A DNA stretch of 64,000 bases from Alphaproteobacteria bacterium (GTDB lineage Bacteria > Pseudomonadota > Alphaproteobacteria > DATDPM01), in contig JBGOXX010000001.1 in NCBI GenBank assembly GCA_041479345.1, positions 1,209-65,208 on the forward strand. Reading direction: 5' to 3'. Position 1 is the stretch's first letter; the number at the start of each line of letters is the position of its first letter. The position numbers were made by a program, and so were the translations under genes. Shown here one piece after another: positions 28,526 through 36,898 of this stretch. The notes below the pieces were generated by a model. That model saw only the letters and a list, made by a program, of their open reading frames with translations, was not told the DNA's origin and searched no databases.

Positions 28526-28933
28526 CTACATCGCGCCCTTAAGAGCCGCCGCGGAATCGGCGGCGTCTTTTTTCGCTTCGGTCAGATCGTTCGAGGCGAG
28601 GCCCGCCACGGCTCTCTGCAAGCCGTCGTTCAACGCCTTCTTTTTCGCGGCATCCGCGGTGTCCGGAATGGCGCCGCTACCCATGCCGTCACAAGGGTTC
28701 ATCTGTTTGGCGTCGAAACCTTCGCCTTTCGGCCCGACCAGACAATTCACGGCATGATGCAGATGCGCATGAACCGTATCGATGATCGTGGCCTGAGCGG
28801 CAAGTCCTGCATGCTGTGCCGCGGTCGCCGCTTCCTTGGCGGCGTCGGCCGCCCACGCCGGCGAGGCCGCCAGCGTTACGGCCGTGACAAGAACGAGACA
28901 ATGCTGCATCGCGGATATGGATTTGTTCCTCAT
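28526..28933 (-). CDS. secreted/periplasmic Ala-rich protein with a His cluster and a Cys pair (135 aa)
   Basis: ATG at 28933 with an AGGGAG Shine-Dalgarno. The signal peptide is MRNKSISAMQHCLVLVTAVTLAASPAWA. The mature part contains HAHLHH and NCLVGPKGEGFDAKQMNPCDGMGSG. Confidence 0.55.
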   Translation of the reverse strand: MRNKSISAMQHCLVLVTAVTLAASPAWAADAAKEAATAAQHAGLAAQATIIDTVHAHLHHAVNCLVGPKGEGFDAKQMNPCDGMGSGAIPDTADAAKKKALNDGLQRAVAGLASNDLTEAKKDAADSAAALKGAM

Positions 28934-29133
28934 GCTGGGTCTCCCTGATTGATGGGTGCATGCGCCGGCATTACCGGGGCTGCCTATAGACCGGTGCCGC
29001 CCGGCCTTCATTCCATAGCCTTCAATTTCCGGGCCTTTATCGGACCCGGCCGAGCGGTCGGTTAAGGCCGTTTAACAAACCGTATACCTATTTGCTGTCT
29101 AATCGAGGGCGTTTCCAGCCACTCCAAAAGGCC

Positions 29134-30366
29134 ATGATTTCTGCCCGTTCCGTCACACCAGGCTACGCCGAACTTGCCGGCGGGACGCCGCTGAACGACT
29201 GGACGACGCCGGCGGCGGCGCTTGGCCCGCAATCGACCTGCGCGGAAGCTTCCGATGTCTTTTCCGAAAACCCCGAGCTGACGGCGCTCGCCGTTGTCGA
29301 CGGCTCCCGAATCGTCGGCCTCGTGACCCGCAGCGAGCTGTTCGCGGCGCTTTCCGACCGGTTCGCGGTCGCCGCGGCGGCCGACGAGCCGGTCGCAAAA
29401 ATTATGAATCGCCGGCCCCTCGTTATCGAAGCGAGCTGCGATTTTGAAAAACTGATCGACATGGTCGCATCCAAACGCTCCGACGCCTTCGCCGCCGGAT
29501 TTATCGTGACGCAAAACGGCGTCTATCGCGGCATCGGGGTCGTCCGATTGCTGATGGGTGCCGCCGCCGACCGGCTCGCCCAGCGGCATACCGAAATCCA
29601 GCGCGCACAGATGGAAGCCGAGCAGTCGAGCAAGAGCAAGGCGCAATTCCTTGCCGCGGTCAGTCACGAACTGCGCACGCCCTTGAACGCCATCATTGGA
29701 TTTTCGCAGATCATTGCCGAAGGCACTTTCGGTCCGAATGACTTCGAACGCTATCGCGGCTATGCCGCGGATATTCAAAATAGCGGCGAGCATCTGCTGG
29801 AGATCATCAACGACATTCTCGATATCTCCAAAATCGAATCCGGCAAATTGGTCTTGCACGAGGAATTCCTGGACATCGAACCTCTCGTCGACGTCACGCT
29901 GCGCCTGGTGCGCCAACGCGCCTTGGAAAATCAGGTGGCGCTCGCCGTTCAGGTCGGTGGGCCGCCCTTCCGCCTGCGCGGCGACAAGCGGTTGCTTCGC
30001 CAGCTCCTGCTGAACCTTGTCGCCAACGCCGTAAAATTCACGCCCCCCACCGGCAAGGTGACGGTCTCCGCCCATCGAACACCGGATGGCGGTTTGTCCG
30101 TCGTCGTCGAAGATACCGGCATCGGAATCGCCAGCGAAGACATCCCGAAGGCGATGATGCCATTCGGGCAAGTGGATAGCCGGTTGGGACGCAAATACGA
30201 AGGCACCGGGCTCGGCCTTCCGTTGGCCAAGGCAATGGCGGAAGCCCATGGCGGTACGCTCAAATTGGAAAGCCAGCTCGGCGTTGGAACGATGGTGACG
30301 GTGCGGCTGCCCGCCGAACGCTTGATCGAATTGCCGGAAGACGGACTCGGGAGCGAAGCGGTATGA
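29134..30366 (+). CDS. cytoplasmic CBS-domain sensor histidine kinase
   Basis: ATG at 29134 with an AAAGG Shine-Dalgarno; the ORF track starts at TTG 29092. An N-terminal CBS pair precedes the H-box [21 protein letters not shown] and HATPase_c GTGLGLPLAKAMAEAHGG. No TM segment. Confidence 0.85.
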   Translation: MISARSVTPGYAELAGGTPLNDWTTPAAALGPQSTCAEASDVFSENPELTALAVVDGSRIVGLVTRSELFAALSDRFAVAAAADEPVAKIMNRRPLVIEASCDFEKLIDMVASKRSDAFAAGFIVTQNGVYRGIGVVRLLMGAAADRLAQRHTEIQRAQMEAEQSSKSKAQFLAAVSHELRTPLNAIIGFSQIIAEGTFGPNDFERYRGYAADIQNSGEHLLEIINDILDISKIESGKLVLHEEFLDIEPLVDVTLRLVRQRALENQVALAVQVGGPPFRLRGDKRLLRQLLLNLVANAVKFTPPTGKVTVSAHRTPDGGLSVVVEDTGIGIASEDIPKAMMPFGQVDSRLGRKYEGTGLGLPLAKAMAEAHGGTLKLESQLGVGTMVTVRLPAERLIELPEDGLGSEAV

Positions 30367-31724
30367 GCCATCGGCCGATCGCCGCCATTCTGCAAATTGC
30401 GGCAGTCGCCGCGATCACCATCCTCGCAACGGAATCGTCGGTGGGCGCCGAATCGTCGATTCTCGATTACGACAGCGGCGGCCATCTACGGAAATTGCAC
30501 GACGTGGCGCCCGAAACGCCGCGCACATCCGGCCAGACCCAATCCGGACAGACCCAATCCGGACAAGCGTCCGACGCGGCGGCGGCCCCGGAATTCGACC
30601 CCGACACATGGTTCGAGCCGGATCAGGTGCTGATCGCCAATCCCCCGGCAAATTTCGAGGATACGGTCAGGTTCGAAGGCTTCCACGTTCTCCAAAAGGT
30701 GCCGCTCAAAGCCCTGGCGATGGAGGTCTGGCGCGTCCACACCCCCGATAAGATCGGCGTCGGCGATGCGGTTGCCCAGCTGCGGCAGGAATTCCCGGGT
30801 TTACTTGTCGATGCCGATCACCTCTACCGGCAAAGCGCTGGACCGGCCTCTGCGGCGACGGCGAGTCAAGCGCGGGCGATCATCGGCTGGAGCGATCTCG
30901 ATCCCGGCTGCGGCACCGGCATCAAGATCGGCATGGTCGATACGCCGGTTGATGTGACCCATCGCGCCTTGGCCGGTCAGAAAATCGTCTATCGCTCCTT
31001 CATTCTGCCCTCACGCACACCGGCACCGGCCGATCATGGAACCGCCATCGCCGCGATGCTGGTCGGCAAGCCGGGAAATGACGGCTTCGGCGGTCTCTTG
31101 CCGGGGGCGGAGCTGCTGGCCGGGAATATCTTCACCTTCAACGATCAGGGCGCTGAAATGGCCGATGTGGTGGCACTTCTGCGCGCCCTCGACTGGCTGA
31201 CCGCCGAGAAAGTACAGGTCGTGAATCTCAGCATGGCGGGCGCCGACAATCAGCTGATGCACCATGTGGTCGAGCAAGCGGGGGCCCGCGGCATGGTCCT
31301 CGTGGCCGCGGTCGGCAATTGGGGCACGACCGACCGGCCGGCCTATCCGGCGGCCTATGCCCAGGCCATCGGGGTTACCGCCGTCGACGCCAACGACTCT
31401 ATTTATTCCTATGCAAACCGCGGTTCCTATGTCGCCTTTGCCGCACCCGGCGTCCAGATCTGGACCGCGGTGCCGGGGGGCGGCCGGTTCCAAAGCGGAA
31501 CATCGTTCGCGGTGCCTTATTTGACGAGCGTCATTGCGACCGAAATGGCGGCGGGGCGGGCACCTTCGGCCGAACGCATTCGCGACCTCCTGAGTCACGA
31601 AGCGGTCGATCTCGGCCCGCCGGGCAAGGACAATACTTTCGGTTGGGGGCTCATCAGAACGCCGCCTTTGTGCAACCAAGGCGGCGCGCCGCAGAATCCC
31701 GATGCGGCCGATGCCGCTCACTAA
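30363..31724 (+). CDS. secreted S8-family serine peptidase (subtilisin-like)
   Basis: A signal peptide precedes the Asp region GMVDTPVD, His DHGTAIAAML, oxyanion Asn VVNLSMAG and Ser GTSFAVPY. The start overlaps the kinase stop (ATGA, 30363-30366). It contains an SGQTQSGQTQSGQ micro-repeat. Confidence 0.85.
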   Translation: MSHRPIAAILQIAAVAAITILATESSVGAESSILDYDSGGHLRKLHDVAPETPRTSGQTQSGQTQSGQASDAAAAPEFDPDTWFEPDQVLIANPPANFEDTVRFEGFHVLQKVPLKALAMEVWRVHTPDKIGVGDAVAQLRQEFPGLLVDADHLYRQSAGPASAATASQARAIIGWSDLDPGCGTGIKIGMVDTPVDVTHRALAGQKIVYRSFILPSRTPAPADHGTAIAAMLVGKPGNDGFGGLLPGAELLAGNIFTFNDQGAEMADVVALLRALDWLTAEKVQVVNLSMAGADNQLMHHVVEQAGARGMVLVAAVGNWGTTDRPAYPAAYAQAIGVTAVDANDSIYSYANRGSYVAFAAPGVQIWTAVPGGGRFQSGTSFAVPYLTSVIATEMAAGRAPSAERIRDLLSHEAVDLGPPGKDNTFGWGLIRTPPLCNQGGAPQNPDAADAAH

Positions 31725-31818
31725 TCGGCTTCTAGGGAAGGCTTCGGAAGAGAGCGCGTTGCGGGAATCGTCTTGCTGTGGCAAAAATCGCCGCCGTGAT
31801 TGAAATCGCCGGTCGCCC

Positions 31819-32841
31819 GTGAACCTTCCGATCCGACTTGCCCGTGCGCTGTGCGGTTTGCTGGCCTTGTTTTGGGCCGGGACTGCCTTGGCCGATGACG
31901 TTTCCCCAGCCGACAATGACGCCTTTGCCGCCTGGCTTACCGATCTGCGCGCCGAAGCGGTCGCTCGCGGGATCTCCCAGCAGACGGTCGATTTGGCGCT
32001 TGCCGATGTCACGCCGCTCGAACGCGTGATCGAGCGCGATCGTACACAGCCGGAATTCACCCAGACCCTGGATCAGTACTTAAATAAGCGGGTAACGGAG
32101 GACTTGGTCTCACAAGGGCAACAACTGGTCCAAGAGAACCGGGCCCTGCTCGAACGCGATTACAAGAAATACGGGGTTCAGCCGCGCTTCGTCGTGGCGT
32201 TGTGGGGGATAGAAACCAAGTATGGGCGCTATACCGGCGGTTTCGGGGTCGTTCAGGCGCTCGTGACGCTCGCCTATGACGATCGGCGCAAGGACAAGTT
32301 CCGTGAGGAGTTGTTCTTCGCCCTTAAGATTCTGGATGAAGGCGATATCGAGCTTCCCAACATGACCGGGTCGTGGGCCGGTGCTATGGGCCAGAGCCAG
32401 TTCATGCCGTCGGTGTTCTTCAAATATGCGGTCGACGGCGACGGCGATGGCAAACGCGATATCTGGACCGACAAGGCGGACATCTTCGCGTCGGCCGCCA
32501 ATTACCTCTCCCAGTCGGGATGGAAAGGCGACCAAACTTGGGGCCGCGAAGTTCAGCTGCCGCCGGATTTCGACGCCTCCCTGGCGGATCCCTTCGACAA
32601 ACAAAGCGATCACGAGAAGCTGCGCAAGCCGCTGAGCGAATGGCAGAAGCTTGGCGTGCGCCGCGCCGATGGGGGACCGTTGCCTGCCCGCGATCTCGAG
32701 GCGGCACTCATCCTGCCCGATGGGCGGGACGGCAAGGCCTATCTCGTCTACGATAATTTCCGCGTTTTGCTGACCTGGAATCCGGCATTCCTGTTCGCCG
32801 TTACGGTGGGCACGCTTGCCGATAAGCTGGATGACGAATAA
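31819..32841 (+). CDS. mltB: lytic murein transglycosylase (MltB family)
   Basis: GTG start at 31819, signal peptide, and the catalytic WGIETKYG motif within an SLT_2 domain. Confidence 0.85.
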   Translation: MNLPIRLARALCGLLALFWAGTALADDVSPADNDAFAAWLTDLRAEAVARGISQQTVDLALADVTPLERVIERDRTQPEFTQTLDQYLNKRVTEDLVSQGQQLVQENRALLERDYKKYGVQPRFVVALWGIETKYGRYTGGFGVVQALVTLAYDDRRKDKFREELFFALKILDEGDIELPNMTGSWAGAMGQSQFMPSVFFKYAVDGDGDGKRDIWTDKADIFASAANYLSQSGWKGDQTWGREVQLPPDFDASLADPFDKQSDHEKLRKPLSEWQKLGVRRADGGPLPARDLEAALILPDGRDGKAYLVYDNFRVLLTWNPAFLFAVTVGTLADKLDDE

Positions 32842-32873
32842 GCTTGCGCCGATTTCGGCTGCGGGGGAGCCGC

Positions 32874-33872
32874 ATGCTCGCTTCTAGGCGCTGGATCGCG
32901 CCCTGTCTGATGGCCGCGTCGGGGCTCATGCTGGCTTCCTGTGCGGAAACCGCAATCGTTGCCAATACCACCAAAGAAATCACCCAGGCTTCGACTCCGG
33001 CGGCGAAATCGTCTCCGGTCTATAAGGTCGGCAAGCCCTATCAGGTGGACGGCGTTTGGTATTACCCCGGCGCCGACTACAGTTACGTCGCGACCGGCAT
33101 CGCTTCGTGGTATGGGCCGGATTTCCACGGCAAGCTCACGGCGAACGGCGAAGTCTTCGACATGAACGAAGTGACCGGCGCGCACAAGACCCTGCCGCTG
33201 CCGACCATCGCCCGCGTCACCAATCTGGACAACGGCCGTTCGATCATGGTGCGAATCAACGATCGCGGACCGTTCGTGAACGGACGGATCATCGACCTTT
33301 CGCGCCGCGCGGCGCAGCTTTTAGGCTTCGAGCAGGCCGGAACCGCCAAGGTCCGGGTTGAGGTGGAGGCCGATCAAAGCCGGCAACTGGCTCTGTCCCT
33401 GCCGCACGATTCGAACGAGGCCGTGCCGGCGCCCGCCGTCATTGCGGCGCCGCGTGCCCCCGTCGAAGCCCAGGCCTTGCCGCCGCCCGGGCAATCGGCC
33501 CTGGCGAGCCCGCCGCCCGCCGCTCCATCTCCGGCTCCGGCTCCGGCGAAACCAGCTCCGCTCCTCCAGGCGGCCGCGGATCCGCCGCCGGCGGCCATCA
33601 AAGCGCCGCCACCCGTCGTCACCCAAGGCGCGCCCGGGCCGACCAATGTCTATGTTCAGGCCGGGGCGTTCAGCCAATTCGACAATGCCAATCGTTTGCG
33701 TGCCCAATTGTCGCCCCTTGGCGATGCCAAGATTTCGCCGGTCTTGGTCAACAATCAACAAATGTTCCGGGTGCGGCTGGGACCGCTCAATAATGTCGGC
33801 GCCGCCGATCAGTTGTTGGATCGGATCATCAAGGCGGGCTATAAGAACGCCGAATTGGTCGTTGCCGAATAG
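32874..33872 (+). CDS. rlpA: septal ring lytic transglycosylase RlpA family lipoprotein (DPBB + SPOR)
   Basis: ATG at 32874 with a GGGGGAG Shine-Dalgarno and lipobox LASC. DPBB core (WYGPDFHGKLTANGEVFD...RINDRGPF), a Pro/Ala-rich linker, and a C-terminal SPOR domain (VYVQAGAFSQFDNANRL). Confidence 0.85.
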   Translation: MLASRRWIAPCLMAASGLMLASCAETAIVANTTKEITQASTPAAKSSPVYKVGKPYQVDGVWYYPGADYSYVATGIASWYGPDFHGKLTANGEVFDMNEVTGAHKTLPLPTIARVTNLDNGRSIMVRINDRGPFVNGRIIDLSRRAAQLLGFEQAGTAKVRVEVEADQSRQLALSLPHDSNEAVPAPAVIAAPRAPVEAQALPPPGQSALASPPPAAPSPAPAPAKPAPLLQAAADPPPAAIKAPPPVVTQGAPGPTNVYVQAGAFSQFDNANRLRAQLSPLGDAKISPVLVNNQQMFRVRLGPLNNVGAADQLLDRIIKAGYKNAELVVAE

Positions 33873-33917
33873 CGCCCCGAAGCCGCGCCCGAACGCCTGC
33901 AAAGTAAGAAGGAAACG

Positions 33918-35081
33918 ATGATCCATAGGCACGCCATCGATTTTGTTCCCGGTATTTTTCGCGCTTCCGCCGCCGGGTTGCTCACCCTCGTCCTGCTGGC
34001 CGGTCCGGCGCGGGCGATCGATACGGAAGCCAAGCAAGCCTTCATTGTCGATTACGACACCGGCACCGTCCTGCTGGAAAAGAGCGCCGACGAGCAAATG
34101 CATCCCTCGTCCATGAGCAAGCTGATGACGCTCTACGTGCTCTTCGATCACCTGAAGAGCGGAAGCGTCAAGCTCGATGACGAACTGCCGGTCAGCGACA
34201 AAGCGTGGAAGATGGGCGGCAGCAAGATGTTCGTCCCTAACGGCGGCAAGGTGAAGGTCGAGGATTTGATCCGCGGGATCGCGATTCAGTCCGGCAACGA
34301 CGCCTGCGTCGTCGTCGCCGAAGGCATCGCCGGAAGCGAAGACGCCTTCGCCGATCAGATGAACCAGAAGGGCAAGCAGATCGGCTTAACGAATTCGACA
34401 TTCAAGAATGCCACCGGCTGGCCCGATCCCGGGCATTTGATGACGGCGCGCGATCTCGCCATCCTGGCGCGCCACCTCATTGCCGACTTTCCCGAGTACT
34501 ATCACTATTTCAGCGAGATCGACTTCACCTACAACGGAATCAAACAGGGCAACCGCAATCCCCTCCTTTACAAGAATCTGGGGGCCGACGGCCTGAAGAC
34601 CGGTCACACCGATGAAGGGGGATATGGAGAAGTAGGCTCCGCCAAACGCGGAGACCGGCGGCTCATCGTCGTCCTCAACGGCATGGAAACCATGAAATTC
34701 CGCGCCGAGGAATCCGAAAAGCTCATCGACTGGGGCTTCAACGAGTACAACAATTACGCCTTGCTCAAGGCCGGCGACACGATAAGCGACGCCGAAGTCT
34801 GGCTCGGCAATGCGCCGACGGTGCCCTTGGTCATGCCATCGAATGTGGTCGTCACCTTGCCGCGCAAGGCGCGCCGGGGGATGAAAGTCACCGTTTCATA
34901 CGACGGCCCCATCCCGGCACCCATCGCCAAAGGCGCGCCGATCGCGAAACTCGTGGTGACGGCACCCGACATCGATCCGATACAAATCCCGCTCGTCGCC
35001 GGTGCGGATGTCGGTACCCTCGGCTTCACAGGCCGCATCACCGCCGCACTCGAACACGTCATCTGGGGCCAGACAAAGTGA
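33918..35081 (+). CDS. dacC: D-alanyl-D-alanine carboxypeptidase (S11, PBP5/6 class)
   Basis: Signal peptide, SxxK (SMSK), SGN (QSGND) and KTG (LKTGHTD) motifs. A strong Shine-Dalgarno (AAGAAGGAAACG) precedes the start. Confidence 0.9.
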   Translation: MIHRHAIDFVPGIFRASAAGLLTLVLLAGPARAIDTEAKQAFIVDYDTGTVLLEKSADEQMHPSSMSKLMTLYVLFDHLKSGSVKLDDELPVSDKAWKMGGSKMFVPNGGKVKVEDLIRGIAIQSGNDACVVVAEGIAGSEDAFADQMNQKGKQIGLTNSTFKNATGWPDPGHLMTARDLAILARHLIADFPEYYHYFSEIDFTYNGIKQGNRNPLLYKNLGADGLKTGHTDEGGYGEVGSAKRGDRRLIVVLNGMETMKFRAEESEKLIDWGFNEYNNYALLKAGDTISDAEVWLGNAPTVPLVMPSNVVVTLPRKARRGMKVTVSYDGPIPAPIAKGAPIAKLVVTAPDIDPIQIPLVAGADVGTLGFTGRITAALEHVIWGQTK

Positions 35082-35121
35082 TCGCCGCGCGACCGCCCGG
35101 TTTTCCAGGAGCGGCGCATTA

Positions 35122-35751
35122 GTGTCCCGATTCATCACGCTCGAAGGGGGAGAGGGCGCCGGCAAATCGACGCAAATCCGCCTTCTTGCCGAATGGCTAC
35201 GTGCCGGCGGCATTGACGTCATCACCACCCGAGAACCCGGCGGATCGCCGGGCGCCGAAGAAATCCGCGCCCTCCTGGTTGACGGCGAAACCCATCGCTG
35301 GGATGCCCTGACCGAAGCGATGCTTCATTGCGCCGCCCGGCGCGATCACCTCGCCAATACGGTCGAACCGGCATTGCGCTCCGGGCGTTTCGTGATTTCC
35401 GACCGCTTCGCGGATTCGACGCTGGCTTATCAAGGTTACGGGCTCGGCCTCGACAGCGAAACGATCGCGGCGCTGAACAAGATTGCAACCGGCGGCCGCA
35501 GCCCCGATCTGACGATCATCCTCGACGTGCCGGTGGAGGAGGGATTGAAACGCGCGAACGCGCGGGGGGGCAGCGCGCGCTACGAACGCATGGGTAGCGG
35601 TTTTCACGAGCGGCTGCGAAAAGGCTTTCTCGAAATCGCCAAACGCGAACCCCAGCGCTGTGCCGTCGTCAATGCTTGGCTGTCCGTTCCCGAGGTCGAA
35701 AGCGCGATCCGCGACGTGGTACGGGCGCGCCTGAAATTGAAACTTCCGTGA
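35122..35751 (+). CDS. tmk: dTMP kinase
   Basis: GTG start at 35122 (VSRFITLEGGEGAGKST P-loop). The ORF track start at 35002 would overlap dacC and is unlikely. Confidence 0.85.
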   Translation: MSRFITLEGGEGAGKSTQIRLLAEWLRAGGIDVITTREPGGSPGAEEIRALLVDGETHRWDALTEAMLHCAARRDHLANTVEPALRSGRFVISDRFADSTLAYQGYGLGLDSETIAALNKIATGGRSPDLTIILDVPVEEGLKRANARGGSARYERMGSGFHERLRKGFLEIAKREPQRCAVVNAWLSVPEVESAIRDVVRARLKLKLP

Positions 35752-35758
35752 GCATCCC

Positions 35759-36823
35759 GTGAGCGACGACGAGAAATCCTGGCCGGAACCTCGCGCGAAT
35801 CGTGATCTCGTCGGCCACGAGGCGGCGGAAACCGCACTCCTCGACTCCTTGCGGTCGGGCCGGATGCCCCATGCCTGGTTGTTCTGTGGACCGGAAGGGA
35901 TCGGGAAGGCGACGCTGGCCTTCCGCTTTGCGCGCTATTTGCTGGCCGGCGCCGCATCCCGTGCCGGATTGTTCGGTGAAACGAACGGACTTGATCTCGA
36001 TCCCGCGAACCCCGCCTTCAAACGGGTTGCCGCGGGAAGTCACGCCGACTTGCTGACCGTCAGCATCGGCCGCAACCCCGACACCGGCAAGATGCGCAGC
36101 GAAATCGTGGTCGAAGACGTGCGCGGCGTCTCGAACTTCTTGCACATGACCCCCGCCGAAGGCGGTTATCGCGTGGTTGTCATCGACAGCGTCGATGCGA
36201 TGAATCGCAATGCCGCCAACGCGCTTCTGAAAATTTTGGAAGAGCCGCCGGCTCAAGCCGTGCTGCTTCTCGTTAGCCATGCGCCGGGCCGGCTGCTGGC
36301 CACCATCCGATCGCGCTGCCGCAAGCTCGTCTTGCATCCCCTCGGCGCACAGCCCATGGATGCGCTGTTGGCCCGCTATCTGCCCGAATTGCCGCAAGCA
36401 GACCGGCTGTCGATCGCCGAACTCGCCGAGGGCTCTCCGGGCAAGGCATTGACCCTTGCCAGCCACGGCGGCCTCGAACTCTATAAGGAGATGATGACCC
36501 TGATCGCGAAGGGGAACGGAACGGCGATTGCCAAGTTCTGGGAGCGGACCGGCAGGGACGAAGAGGGATTTCGGACCGCCGCTTCGCTTTATCTTTGGTG
36601 GCTGGCCCGCGCCATTCGCGGCGCCGCATCGGGCAACGCGCAAGAGATCGTCCCGGGGGAAGCGGCAGCACTCGCCCGCATTGCGGAGGCCCGCAGCCTT
36701 GATCGCCTGGTCGAGCTATGGGAAAAATCGGGCCGGCTTTTCGCCCGGACGGAAAGCATCAATCTGGAGCGCAAGCAGGTGGGGTTGAGCGCCTTCCTCG
36801 CCTTCGAGAGCGCCTTAAACTAA
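35759..36823 (+). CDS. holB: DNA polymerase III subunit delta-prime
   Basis: GTG start. HAWLFCGPEGIGKATLA P-loop-like motif and a clamp-loader fold. It sits in the tmk-holB-metG synteny. Confidence 0.85.
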   Translation: MSDDEKSWPEPRANRDLVGHEAAETALLDSLRSGRMPHAWLFCGPEGIGKATLAFRFARYLLAGAASRAGLFGETNGLDLDPANPAFKRVAAGSHADLLTVSIGRNPDTGKMRSEIVVEDVRGVSNFLHMTPAEGGYRVVVIDSVDAMNRNAANALLKILEEPPAQAVLLLVSHAPGRLLATIRSRCRKLVLHPLGAQPMDALLARYLPELPQADRLSIAELAEGSPGKALTLASHGGLELYKEMMTLIAKGNGTAIAKFWERTGRDEEGFRTAASLYLWWLARAIRGAASGNAQEIVPGEAAALARIAEARSLDRLVELWEKSGRLFARTESINLERKQVGLSAFLAFESALN

Positions 36824-36898
36824 AATCCAATCCACGATCTGAAGCCGCGCCTTTCTTCCGGCGCGGCCAGCCAGGCAAGGCGGGCCAAACAGGTACGA

